From Synechococcus elongatus PCC 6301 (GTDB lineage: Bacteria; Cyanobacteriota; Cyanobacteriia; Synechococcales; Synechococcaceae), in the NCBI RefSeq assembly GCF_000010065.1, contig NC_006576.1, forward strand, positions 120,001 to 152,000: DNA of 32,000 bases, given 5' to 3'. Both the position numbers and the translations under genes were made by a program. This document shows positions 9,234 to 17,991 of the stretch, piece after piece. The notes below the pieces were generated by a model. That model was not told the origin of the DNA, did no database searches, and saw only the letters and a list, made by a program, of their open reading frames with translations. Each line of letters begins with the position of its first letter. The stretch's first letter is position 1.

Positions 9234-9512
9234 CTAGCGCCGATGGGTGGGGCAAGGAGGCGGTGTGATGCTGCGATCGAGCAGCCCTAGCGCTTGTTGC
9301 AGATGGGCTTGGGCATCGTCAGGACGATTTTGCAACAGGGCTAGAACTGCAGCAGCAGTCTGTTCGCGGGCTCGCACCGGCCGATTATTTTTATAGCGAT
9401 GCCATTGGTCATCTGTCAGAGCTAGCCGTTCCAACAGAACTTGGGCGATCGCGATCGTGTCGACTTCGCGCAGGGCTTGACTAGCCGGACTTTGCAGAGG
9501 AGAAGCCGTCAT
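9234..9512 (-). CDS. hypothetical protein (92 aa from the ATG; the track ORF extends to 9644)
   Basis: ORF-track entry; the sequence from the internal ATG at 9512 is MTASPLQSPASQALREVDTIAIAQVLLERL.... It looks helical, I recognise no family, and the start is uncertain. Confidence 0.45.
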   Translation of the reverse strand: MTASPLQSPASQALREVDTIAIAQVLLERLALTDDQWHRYKNNRPVRAREQTAAAVLALLQNRPDDAQAHLQQALGLLDRSITPPPCPTHRR

Positions 9513-9592
9513 GGGTGTTGAGGGGCGGAGAGACTTGACGAGCGATGGACTCTCCTTGCAGTGTAGGCGCAGGATGGTCTGGGCAGGGCTCA

Positions 9593-10039
9593 ATGCAGGG
9601 TTCGTCACTTTTCTCTTTTGTGCTGCTGACGGTTGCCGTCGCACTGACGCTGAGCTACCTCTGGATTTGGTGGCAACGACTGAAACGCCGTAAACGGCGA
9701 TCGCTGCCGGTGCTCAGCCCCGATTGGTGCGATCGCTTTGAGCAATCACTTCAAGAAGCCCAGCAACAGTTGATTGAGGTGGGCGATCGCTATCGGCAAG
9801 TGGTGCGCGATCGCCAGCGCTGGGAAACGATTCAAGAGGCGCAAGAAGCCGCGCAACAGGAAGGGAAGTCTGCCCGCGATCAGCTACGTAGCTTGGAAGC
9901 CCAGATCCTTGAGCTCCAGGTCAACCTCGAAAGCCGTCTGATCGATTGGCCCGCATTGAAAGAATCGTTCTGGCAGTTCCTTCGTTTTGGCGGCTTAGGA
10001 TTTTTGCTCGGTTGGTTTTTGCATTGTCTCGCTCGCTAG
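9593..10039 (+). CDS. hypothetical membrane protein: N-terminal TM, coiled coil, C-terminal TM (148 aa from the ATG at 9593)
   Basis: MQGSSLFSFVLLTVAVALTLSYLWIWW-QRLKRRKRR, then a Q/E/R-rich heptad-like segment (EAQQQLIEVGDRYRQVVRDRQRWETIQEAQEAAQQEG...LEAQILELQVNLE), then FGGLGFLLGWFLHCL. No family recognised. Confidence 0.55.
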   Translation: MQGSSLFSFVLLTVAVALTLSYLWIWWQRLKRRKRRSLPVLSPDWCDRFEQSLQEAQQQLIEVGDRYRQVVRDRQRWETIQEAQEAAQQEGKSARDQLRSLEAQILELQVNLESRLIDWPALKESFWQFLRFGGLGFLLGWFLHCLAR

Positions 10040-10059
10040 CTCCGCGTTAGGTCGAACAA

Positions 10060-11823
10060 GTGGCCCGTGAAAGAATGGGGCAAGCTGCCGCTATCACCAT
10101 GCCGATCGACCCTCGCAACCTCAATACTCTTTGGTCTTCTGTTCTAGCGGAGAGCTTTGTGAGGCTGGGACTGCAAACCGTGGTGATCTGCCCAGGCTCC
10201 CGCTCGGCACCGCTGGCAATCGCTTTTGCAGAGCATCCAGAAATCGATGCCATCCCGATTTTGGATGAGCGTTCGGCTGGTTTCTTCGCCCTAGGGCGAG
10301 CAAAAGCCAGTCACCGACCCGTTGCCTTGATCTGTTCCTCTGGAACTGCGGGTGCCAACTTCTATCCGGCAGTGATCGAAGCCAAAGAGAGTGGCGTGCC
10401 GCTACTGGTCATCACCGCCGATCGCCCACCAGAGCTGCGTCAGTGTCATGCCGGCCAGGCGATCGATCAGCTGAGGCTCTTCGGCAGCTATGCGCTTTGG
10501 GAGGCCGAACTGGCCTTGCCTGTGCTGGATTTAGGTTTACTGCGCTACCTGCGACAAACGGCTCAACAGGCTTGGCAACAGGCACTGCGGGGCGGACCGG
10601 TTCATCTCAATCAACCGTTGCGGGAACCCCTCGCGCCGATCGCCGATCCCGCCACTCAAACTTGGTTAGCGCAACAGTGGCCCGGCGAGAATTTCTTCGC
10701 AGAATTGCTTACAGCTGTACCCACCCCACAGATTCAGCAACCGCTACCGCCACTACCCTCACAGGGACTGATTACTGTGGGCCCGATCGCCCCAGAAGAT
10801 CCGGCCGCGTTTGTGCAAGCGATCGCACAGCTTTCAGCGCATCTGGGCTGGCCAGTGCTCAGTGATGCTGTGACGCCCTTGCGACAGTTCGCTGATCACT
10901 GTCCACGGTTGATCAGTAGCTATGACTTGATCCTGCGGCAACCCCACTGGCGAGCCAGTCTCCAGCCTGAAGCAGTGCTGCAAATTGGTGAATTGCCCAC
11001 CAGCAAGGAACTGCGGCTGTGGTTGACTGAGCAAACCTGCCCCCGCTGGATTGTGTCGCCCCGTCCAGAGAATTTTGATCCCCTGCACGGATCCAGCCAT
11101 CATCTGCCGGTGACGGTAGAGGCGATCGCCATCCCAGCCACAATCGCACCTGCCAGTGACTATAGTCGCCAGTGGCAGCAAGCAGAGACTGCTGTTCAAG
11201 CCGCGATCGCCCAGCATCTAGCCCAGGTTCCTGACCTGACAGAACCTGGCATTGCTCGGTTGCTCAGTCAGCATCTACCTGCGCAAACGCCGATCTTTGT
11301 GGCCAATAGTACGCCGATTCGCGATCTGGAATGGTTTTGGCTGGCGAATGATCAGCGGCGATCGCTCTACTGCAGTCGCGGAGCCAATGGCATTGATGGC
11401 ACGCTCTCCACCGCGATCGGGATTGCCCATCAAAATCGCCCCAGTGTGCTGATTACCGGTGATCTCTCGCTCTTGCATGACAGCAATGGCTTTCTGCAGC
11501 GATCGCAGTTGCAGGGGCATCTCACCGTGGTGTTGATCGATAATTCCGGCGGCGGCATCTTTGAGTTGCTGCCGATTCGCGACTGTGGACCCAGTTTTGA
11601 GCCCTTTGTAGCCACTCCGCAAACGGTGGACTTTGCTGCACTTTGCCAAGCCTACGGCGTCGATTATCAGGCGATCGCCACTGAGGCGGAGCTGATCAAA
11701 GCGATTCAAACCCTGCCGACATCTGGCATCCGAGTCCTCCATCTGTTCACCGATCGCCGACAAAATGCCGCTTGGCGACGCGCCTTATTTGCCGAGCTAG
11801 CGGCGATCCCCAGCCAGAGCTGA
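10060..11823 (+). CDS. menD: 2-succinyl-5-enolpyruvyl-6-hydroxy-3-cyclohexene-1-carboxylate (SEPHCHC) synthase, phylloquinone pathway
   Basis: The N-terminus ...NLNTLWSSVLAESFVRLGLQTVVICPGSRSAPLAIAF...DERSAGFFALG and the ThDP-binding region GANGIDG...GDLSLLHDSNG...NSGGGIF are MenD hallmarks. The start may be the GTG at 10060 or the ATG at 10075. Confidence 0.9.
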   Translation: MARERMGQAAAITMPIDPRNLNTLWSSVLAESFVRLGLQTVVICPGSRSAPLAIAFAEHPEIDAIPILDERSAGFFALGRAKASHRPVALICSSGTAGANFYPAVIEAKESGVPLLVITADRPPELRQCHAGQAIDQLRLFGSYALWEAELALPVLDLGLLRYLRQTAQQAWQQALRGGPVHLNQPLREPLAPIADPATQTWLAQQWPGENFFAELLTAVPTPQIQQPLPPLPSQGLITVGPIAPEDPAAFVQAIAQLSAHLGWPVLSDAVTPLRQFADHCPRLISSYDLILRQPHWRASLQPEAVLQIGELPTSKELRLWLTEQTCPRWIVSPRPENFDPLHGSSHHLPVTVEAIAIPATIAPASDYSRQWQQAETAVQAAIAQHLAQVPDLTEPGIARLLSQHLPAQTPIFVANSTPIRDLEWFWLANDQRRSLYCSRGANGIDGTLSTAIGIAHQNRPSVLITGDLSLLHDSNGFLQRSQLQGHLTVVLIDNSGGGIFELLPIRDCGPSFEPFVATPQTVDFAALCQAYGVDYQAIATEAELIKAIQTLPTSGIRVLHLFTDRRQNAAWRRALFAELAAIPSQS

Positions 11824-11943
11824 AATCGGGACACCGGCCAATGGTAGATTGATCCCCAGAAGCGGCAAATTGCCGAACAAGCGGTGATTATCAGAGCCAT
11901 TAGCTTTTCTCAATCACCTTGGCAGCAGTGAGGGCTACTATTC

Positions 11944-12543
11944 ATGACGAGCGGAAACTCCCGACCTTCTAGTCGTCGACGGACGCCTCGGCCCGCCGCA
12001 GAACCTCAACCGACGCCAACCGAAACGTCTGCTATGACGCCAGAGACGCCGACCACTCCCGACCCGATGCCTGAAGCCGCAGACACCCCCCCCCAGCCCG
12101 AACCCATTGCTCCTGAACCTGCTGAGGCTCCTACCATGTCTACCTCCGACACTGCGATTACGCCGACCAAAGGGACTGAGTCCAGCGCGATCGTGCATGA
12201 TGTGCAAGGTAATGCCCTGATCCTCAAAGGAACGGGTGGCTTGCCCAGCGATCGCCCTATTGGCATCAGCAACTTGGCAGTTTCTCGCACCTATGGGACG
12301 AATGCGATTCGCCCCATAGGCGTCAGCGCAATCACGGTCGTAGGCTCCTATCGCGATCCGGAGCAGCGCCCAATCACGGCGGATAACTTCACGATCGTCA
12401 AAGTGCAAAACGATGCAGGCGCCCGTCCCACGATGGCCAGCACGCTCAAAATCGATCGCATCGAATCCGCCTTTGGTCTGCGCCCCGTTGCCTCTAACGC
12501 GATTGATCCCGCCTCCCCAGAGTTGATGGGCTACCTCGACTAG
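11944..12543 (+). CDS. hypothetical protein: Pro/Thr/Glu-rich N-terminal half plus five 19-residue RP[IVT] repeats
   Basis: A 199-aa ORF followed by a terminator. Residues 1-65 are low-complexity (PEPAEAP, TPETPTTPDP). Arg-Pro occurs at residues 104, 123, 142, 161 and 180, exactly every 19 residues. No family recognised. Confidence 0.65.
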   Translation: MTSGNSRPSSRRRTPRPAAEPQPTPTETSAMTPETPTTPDPMPEAADTPPQPEPIAPEPAEAPTMSTSDTAITPTKGTESSAIVHDVQGNALILKGTGGLPSDRPIGISNLAVSRTYGTNAIRPIGVSAITVVGSYRDPEQRPITADNFTIVKVQNDAGARPTMASTLKIDRIESAFGLRPVASNAIDPASPELMGYLD

Positions 12544-12581
12544 CGGGCTGCGATTGCCAACTGGTTTTCCTCCTCACTGGG

Positions 12582-12619
12582 AATCCCTGCAAATCCAACT
12601 GGACGAGCAGGGATTTTTT
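12582..12619 (+). terminator. rho-independent terminator of the 11944..12543 gene
   Basis: AAUCCCUGC (12582-12590) pairs with GCAGGGAUU (12607-12615): a 9-bp stem with a 16-nt loop, running straight into UUUUUU (12614-12619). Confidence 0.7.
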
Positions 12620-12756
12620 AATGCGGCTCTACTGGAGAGCCGTCAGCAAGACAGCTAAAGCGATCGCTCGGACAGCAGGAGCAGATTCGGCGGACCCATC
12701 GTTAGGACAGGGAATCGGAGGACGAGCCCGCCCTCTTGGACTGGGGCGATCGCAAC

Positions 12757-13815
12757 CTAGGGGTAGTAGCAGAGTGTGGGCAGACCTAAGCCTTCCTCCC
12801 AGCCCTGCATTAGGTTCAGGCATTGAATCGCCTGTCCTGCCTGTCCTTTGATCAAGTTATCGATCGCGGATAGCAAGACAATTCGCCCCGTGCGAGCATC
12901 GACCTCTAAGCCGAGATAGCAGAGGTTAGTGCCCGCTGCCCACTTGGTTTGTGGATAAGTCCCGTGCGTCAGTACCTTGACCATGGGAGCGTTGCGGTAA
13001 AAGGCCTGATAGACCGTCAAGCAATCTTCAGTCGTCAGATTGGGATCACGCAGCTTGGCGTAGATCGTGGCGTGAATCCCCCGTACCATCGGCATTAGGT
13101 GGGGCGTGAATTGCAACAGCACCTCATGACCGCTGAGGTCGCTACAGATTTGCTCGATTTCGGGAGTATGGCGGTGCCGAGCGACGCCATAGGCCCCGAC
13201 GGAATTACCTGCTTCCGCGAGCAAGGCATTGGTCTTCGCCTGGCGGCCGGCCCCAGAAGTGCCCGATTTGGCATCGATCACAATCGTGTCGGGGTCGATC
13301 AAGCCCTGTTTAAGAGCCGGTGCTAGCGCCAGCAAGCTGGCCGTAGGATAGCAACCAGGGCAGCCAATCAGCTGGGCATTGGCAATGCGGTTGCGATAGA
13401 GCTCTGGCAGACCGTAAATGGCCGTGTGCGCGACCGCGGCATCTTGGCGATCGCCGCCGTACCAAAGTGCATAGGTCTTGAGGTCGTGGAAGCGATAGTC
13501 TGCCGAGAGGTCCAAAACCTTGCAGCCCCGCTCCAGTAAGGCCGGCGCTAGATCGTAGGCCAAACCATTGGGAAGCGAGAGGAATACTGCCGCACAACGC
13601 TCAGCAATGCGGTCGACGTCGATCGCTTCGATCGTCAGGTTGAGGTGGGGGCCGAGGTGGGGATAGAGCTCAGCAAACTCTTTACCGGCACTGCGATCGC
13701 CCCCAAGGTAAGCAACCTCCAGTTGCGGGTGATCTTGCAAAAGCCGGACGAGCTGTACGCCACCATAGCCTGAAGCGCCAATAATACCGACGGGAAGACG
13801 GGAAGACTCGTGCAT
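12757..13815 (-). CDS. argC: N-acetyl-gamma-glutamyl-phosphate reductase (352 aa from the ATG; a GTG 4 codons upstream at 13827 is possible)
   Basis: [26 protein letters not shown] (Rossmann GxSGYxG) plus the active-site region [11 protein letters not shown], which are classic ArgC features. Confidence 0.93.
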   Translation of the reverse strand: MHESSRLPVGIIGASGYGGVQLVRLLQDHPQLEVAYLGGDRSAGKEFAELYPHLGPHLNLTIEAIDVDRIAERCAAVFLSLPNGLAYDLAPALLERGCKVLDLSADYRFHDLKTYALWYGGDRQDAAVAHTAIYGLPELYRNRIANAQLIGCPGCYPTASLLALAPALKQGLIDPDTIVIDAKSGTSGAGRQAKTNALLAEAGNSVGAYGVARHRHTPEIEQICSDLSGHEVLLQFTPHLMPMVRGIHATIYAKLRDPNLTTEDCLTVYQAFYRNAPMVKVLTHGTYPQTKWAAGTNLCYLGLEVDARTGRIVLLSAIDNLIKGQAGQAIQCLNLMQGWEEGLGLPTLCYYP

Positions 13816-14078
13816 GAACGCAGCCACAGGCCAAACAGCAATGGAGCAGCATTTTAGCGCTTCGTGGGGGCTCTCAGGCAGCCACGGCGATCGCCTGATG
13901 CTTCAGATTGAGACCCCGCCTGCTCAAACGATGCCTGCGATCGCCTAGCTGAGCGAGTTATCCCCTTTTGGTCAGGGTGAGGGCTGCTAGCCCAGGCTCC
14001 CAAATCCCTCCTATGGCGCTGCCCAGACCGGAGTTTCTCAGAGAATTAAGATGAAACTATGACTTTTGTAAGCCTTGA

Positions 14079-15773
14079 TTGGCTGCTGTGACTTTGCCAG
14101 AAGACTTTCAGTTTGATGCGATCGCCGACGCGATCGCGGAAATCAAAGCCGGTCGCTCGGTGGTGGTGGTTGACGATGAAAACCGCGAAAACGAAGGTGA
14201 CCTGATCTGTGCGGCTCAGTTTGCCACCCCCGAAAAGATCAACTTCATGGCGGTGGAAGCCAGAGGCTTAATCTGTCTGGCTATGACGGGCGATCGCCTC
14301 GATCAACTCGATTTGCCGCTGATGGTCGATCGCAACACCGACAGCAATCAAACTGCCTTTACCGTCAGCATTGATGCGGCCCCCCATCTCGGCGTCAGCA
14401 CTGGTATTTCTGCTGAGGATCGGGCGCGAACGATTCAAGCCACGATCAATCCCCTGACCAAGCCCCACGATCTGCGCCGCCCCGGTCACATTTTTCCGCT
14501 GCGATCGCGGGAGGGCGGTGTCCTCAAGCGGGCTGGACATACCGAAGCCGCTGTCGATCTAGCACGGATGGCTGGGCTCTATCCCGCTGGGGTGATCTGT
14601 GAGATCCAGAATCCCAATGGATCGATGGCGCGGCTGCCGGATTTGATTGACTACGCTCGTCAGCATCGGCTGAAACTGATCAGCATTGCTGATCTGATCA
14701 GCTATCGGCTGCAACATGAGCGCTTCGTGATTCGCGAAACGATCGCGACTTTGCCGAGTGAGTTCGGGCAGTTCACGATTTTTGCCTACCGCAACAGCTT
14801 GGATGGCTCAGAGCATGTGGCGCTGGTCAAGGGCGATCCCAGCCGCTTTAGTCAGCAGCCAGTCATGGTGCGCGTTCACTCCGAATGTCTGACCGGTGAT
14901 GCCTTCGGTTCACTGCGCTGCGATTGCCGGATGCAGCTGCAGGCCGCGATGAAGATGATTGAAAATGCTGGTCAGGGCGTGATTGTCTACCTACGGCAAG
15001 AAGGTCGTGGCATTGGCCTAATCAACAAACTCAAGGCTTATTCACTACAAGATTTGGGGCTAGATACCGTCGAAGCCAACGCCCGCCTTGGCTTTCCGGC
15101 TGACCTGCGCAATTACGGCGTGGGGGCGCAAATCCTCAACGACCTAGGGGTAACGCGCATTCGTCTGATCACCAACAATCCCCGCAAAATTGCCGGCCTC
15201 AAGGGCTATGGACTAGAAGTGGTCGATCGCGTCCCCCTGCTGATTGAAGCCACCCCCTACAATTCGTCTTATCTGGCGACTAAGGGTGAAAAACTCGGCC
15301 ACTTGCTCCTCAAAACCCATCTAGCCGCGATCGCTCTGCATCTCACGCCGGAATTACAGAACAATCCCTATCGCCAAACGCTGATTGGTCAGATTCGCAG
15401 TCTGGTGCAAGGAGAGGGATTATTCCTGCAAGAAGAGCTGCGATCGGTGGCGTCAGCGCTCTTTGGCCCCCAGGTCCTAACCCTGCAGGTCGGCTTGGCC
15501 CAGTCAGAAGCGATCGCAGCGGACTGGTACCGCTCGCCCGATTCCCCACTGGCCGACCAGCTGCAGCATTGCTTGGAACAAATGGCTGCGATCGATGGCT
15601 TAGAAGATCTGGAATTTCTGCTGGCGGATGGTCATGACCCGCTAACTAGCTTGCAGGTGCAGCTCGATCGCCAGTCGTTACCGCTACCGGATCTGAGCCG
15701 CCAGTTCAAAACCCTGAAGCTGCAGCAGATCTATCACTTACAGCTGCAGGAACGACCGAGCTTTGTCAGCTGA
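14079..15773 (+). CDS. ribBA: bifunctional 3,4-dihydroxy-2-butanone-4-phosphate synthase / GTP cyclohydrolase II with a ~150-aa C-terminal extension
   Basis: The DHBPS part reads [20 protein letters not shown]...[10 protein letters not shown]. The GCHII part reads [24 protein letters not shown]...[18 protein letters not shown]. Residues ~411-564 lie beyond both domains. The track start is a TTG at 14079; the GTG at 14088 is an alternative. Confidence 0.93.
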   Translation: MAAVTLPEDFQFDAIADAIAEIKAGRSVVVVDDENRENEGDLICAAQFATPEKINFMAVEARGLICLAMTGDRLDQLDLPLMVDRNTDSNQTAFTVSIDAAPHLGVSTGISAEDRARTIQATINPLTKPHDLRRPGHIFPLRSREGGVLKRAGHTEAAVDLARMAGLYPAGVICEIQNPNGSMARLPDLIDYARQHRLKLISIADLISYRLQHERFVIRETIATLPSEFGQFTIFAYRNSLDGSEHVALVKGDPSRFSQQPVMVRVHSECLTGDAFGSLRCDCRMQLQAAMKMIENAGQGVIVYLRQEGRGIGLINKLKAYSLQDLGLDTVEANARLGFPADLRNYGVGAQILNDLGVTRIRLITNNPRKIAGLKGYGLEVVDRVPLLIEATPYNSSYLATKGEKLGHLLLKTHLAAIALHLTPELQNNPYRQTLIGQIRSLVQGEGLFLQEELRSVASALFGPQVLTLQVGLAQSEAIAADWYRSPDSPLADQLQHCLEQMAAIDGLEDLEFLLADGHDPLTSLQVQLDRQSLPLPDLSRQFKTLKLQQIYHLQLQERPSFVS

Positions 15774-15811
15774 GGCTCACACGAAACAAACCCCAGCTGA
15801 ACTTAGGTTAG

Positions 15812-16249
15812 CTAGGCAGCATCGGTCACGATTTTGACGGAGAGAATGCGATCGCCATTGCGCAGCGATCGCACTACTTTCAGGCTCTCGTCATCTTCGG
15901 TCTGCCCAAAGGTCGTATGCACGCCGTCCAAATGGGGCTGGGGCTCATGGCAGATAAAGAACTGGCTGCCACCCGTATTCCGACCCGCATGGGCCATCGA
16001 CAGCGTTCCGGCTAGGTGGGGATTATCGTTGATTTCACAGGGGATTTTGTAGCCGGGGCCGCCGGTGCCAGTCCCATGGGGGCAGCCGCCCTGGCTCATA
16101 AACCCAGGAATGACGCGGTGGAAGGTCAGCCCATCGTAGAAGCCATCTTGCGAGAGCTTCACAAAGTTAGCAACCGTGTTCGGCGCGTCGTTGTCAAAAA
16201 ATTGCAGGCGGATCGTGCCTTTCTCGGTTTCCAGAATGGCTTGGGTCAT
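15812..16249 (-). CDS. cyclophilin-type peptidyl-prolyl cis-trans isomerase, 145 aa
   Basis: ...[24 protein letters not shown]...[16 protein letters not shown]... is the canonical cyclophilin (PpiB-like) core. Confidence 0.93.
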   Translation of the reverse strand: MTQAILETEKGTIRLQFFDNDAPNTVANFVKLSQDGFYDGLTFHRVIPGFMSQGGCPHGTGTGGPGYKIPCEINDNPHLAGTLSMAHAGRNTGGSQFFICHEPQPHLDGVHTTFGQTEDDESLKVVRSLRNGDRILSVKIVTDAA

Positions 16250-16625
16250 TCAGACTGCGTGGATAAGTGGATCTCCTGTGATCCTAGCCCGTTGCTCAGC
16301 TGCAACTAGTTGATGCAAGCAGGAGACGGGGAACCCTTGAGACTGAAACTACATCAACTAGCCTACGGCGATCGCAAAGCTGGAGCCCCGATCGACTCTT
16401 GGATGCGATCGCCCGTCACTGAGAGTGATTACTCAGTGTGTCGGTACCGTATTGGCAGATTTTGTCAAGTTCATAGGCAACATTATGTTTTGCGCATTGT
16501 ACCTAAATTTAAATTACAGTTTTAAATTTACTCAAGGGGTAGGCTGATGGTAGAGCACTTCCCACGAGAAATAGAGGTCACAGCCTGTTGCCAGACAACA
16601 GCTTTTCCCAGAGCAGTCTGCTTCG

Positions 16626-17483
16626 ATGACTGTTTTTGAGGAACTGAATGAAGCGGCACGCACTTTTGTGGGCCCAATCTTCATCCTGTTGCCCGACTAT
16701 TATCGATTTCCTGGAACCCCTCATCTCCACATTGATTTATCGAGGGCTGGGCTACTACGCGGTAGTCAATATCATGTGTATCACGAGGGAAATCGCCTAC
16801 TCTACACCAGTGACCAGCGTTACTTTGGTGCCAATCTGCGCGATCAACGGTTAGTGGCTGCCTCACCCCACGGCACTTGTTTATTTGTTCAATTTTCTGA
16901 TGGTCGCAAGCTGAATCGAGTCCTGATTTGGATCTGTAAGCGTCGTGATCATCCCCAATTAGCTTCTAGTTTGCGCTCGAAAAAGTCGGTGGGAGAAAGA
17001 CTGAGGGACACCCAGACTTGGCAGCCTCTCAAAAAAGCCCGCGATCGCGTTGTGCAAATGTCAAAGCTCAACGAAGTTCTGCGAATCGAAGGCCACATTA
17101 AACCCACTTCTGGCTCTCGGGTCTGTCTGAGCCTAGAACCTATCCTTGTGCTGCAAGGTCAGACTGAACTGCACCACTCGGGGCGATCGCAGGTGGTCGC
17201 GACTGGATCAGGAGCTTGCATGGGCACACTCCAAGCAGTTTCGAGAGGACAATCCCACTGTCAGAGCCAAGGCTGCACCCTTGTGGTCGGTCAACTGCGT
17301 GCTCGCCAGGCATCGTCCTCGAAACTAGAGTCTCACTTCCGGGTCTGCCCACGAGACCCCAGCGCCCCAGAGATGGACTACATCTATGGGGCTTTTGGAC
17401 GAGCGTTGCTCAAACATCGCGATCGCTACTGGTTCAGCTTTGATCCCATCTTGGCGGGCATTCCCATGCCCCCCGATGCCTAG
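16626..17483 (+). CDS. hypothetical protein, 285 aa, no recognisable family
   Basis: A long ORF with an ATG start, 48 nt upstream of the next same-strand ORF. The N-terminal (~1-110) and C-terminal (~245-285) parts look globular and the middle is S/R/Q/G/C-rich. No catalytic motif recognised. Confidence 0.5.
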   Translation: MTVFEELNEAARTFVGPIFILLPDYYRFPGTPHLHIDLSRAGLLRGSQYHVYHEGNRLLYTSDQRYFGANLRDQRLVAASPHGTCLFVQFSDGRKLNRVLIWICKRRDHPQLASSLRSKKSVGERLRDTQTWQPLKKARDRVVQMSKLNEVLRIEGHIKPTSGSRVCLSLEPILVLQGQTELHHSGRSQVVATGSGACMGTLQAVSRGQSHCQSQGCTLVVGQLRARQASSSKLESHFRVCPRDPSAPEMDYIYGAFGRALLKHRDRYWFSFDPILAGIPMPPDA

Positions 17484-17531
17484 CGATCGCCGCAGGAAAA
17501 CCCCAAAAACTTGATGAGGTTAATTGCTTAG

Positions 17532-17942
17532 ATGACGGTGGCTCTTGGTTTAGAACTGCGCAATAGCCTATGTGAGCTGATTCGCGATCGGGCAAGTAAT
17601 GGCGCGCTGATTCTTTACGCAGGCTATGACCCGCATAGCGATCAACTGACGGAAGAGATCGTCCGGTTTCCCCTCGCGGCCCAACCCTTTCGGCCGGTTG
17701 AGTCAGGTACGATGGCTGCTGCGCCGATCGCGCCAGCTCGCTGCAGTCGTGGGGGCGCGCTGCGCTATTGGGAAATACGCTCTAGTCCACTCCATGACAC
17801 CCATCCTGACCAGATGCTTTTGCGGGGTAGCATCGGGGACATTACCAATCCCGGAGACGCAGATTTGGTGCTGGATACCGTCGCGGTTCTGCAAAACCAG
17901 GCGATCGCAATCGCCAGCTTTACCTACTCTGCCCCCCTCTGA
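17532..17942 (+). CDS. hypothetical protein, 136 aa, no confidently recognised family
   Basis: ORF with an ATG start, probably co-transcribed with 16626..17483. It appears beta-rich (GALILYAGYDP...ADLVLDTVAVLQNQAIAIASFTYS). Confidence 0.5.
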   Translation: MTVALGLELRNSLCELIRDRASNGALILYAGYDPHSDQLTEEIVRFPLAAQPFRPVESGTMAAAPIAPARCSRGGALRYWEIRSSPLHDTHPDQMLLRGSIGDITNPGDADLVLDTVAVLQNQAIAIASFTYSAPL

Positions 17943-17991
17943 GCGGCGTGACACAACTCACGTTGCCTTGGGGACAGGTTGAGGATTTGAA

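Noticed and set aside
12621-12851. Small ORFs (12621..12851 plus, 12629..12823 minus) between the 199-aa gene's terminator and argC
   Set aside because: They overlap each other and the argC 3' end, are Arg/Gly/Pro/Ser-rich as expected of GC-rich out-of-frame sequence, and begin inside or right after a terminator.
13828-14078. Possible FMN riboswitch upstream of ribBA
   Set aside because: No FMN-element core (for example AGGAUAGU...GGUGAAAUUCC...CGGCGGU...CCCGC-type segments) is visible on the plus strand. The spacer looks like an ordinary divergent argC/ribBA promoter region with HIP1 sites.
15767-15799. Hairpin CAGCTGaGG...CCcCAGCTG spanning the ribBA stop, considered as a bidirectional terminator for ribBA and cyclophilin
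   Set aside because: It has 8 bp with a mismatch, a 15-nt loop and no U-tract on either strand, so the evidence is too weak to call a terminator.
16310-16525. 71-aa ORF in the cyclophilin / orphan-cassette spacer
   Set aside because: It starts inside the 10-bp inverted repeat, has no SD and runs through the AT-rich palindrome. The translation has no features, so the region is better explained as regulatory or structured non-coding DNA.
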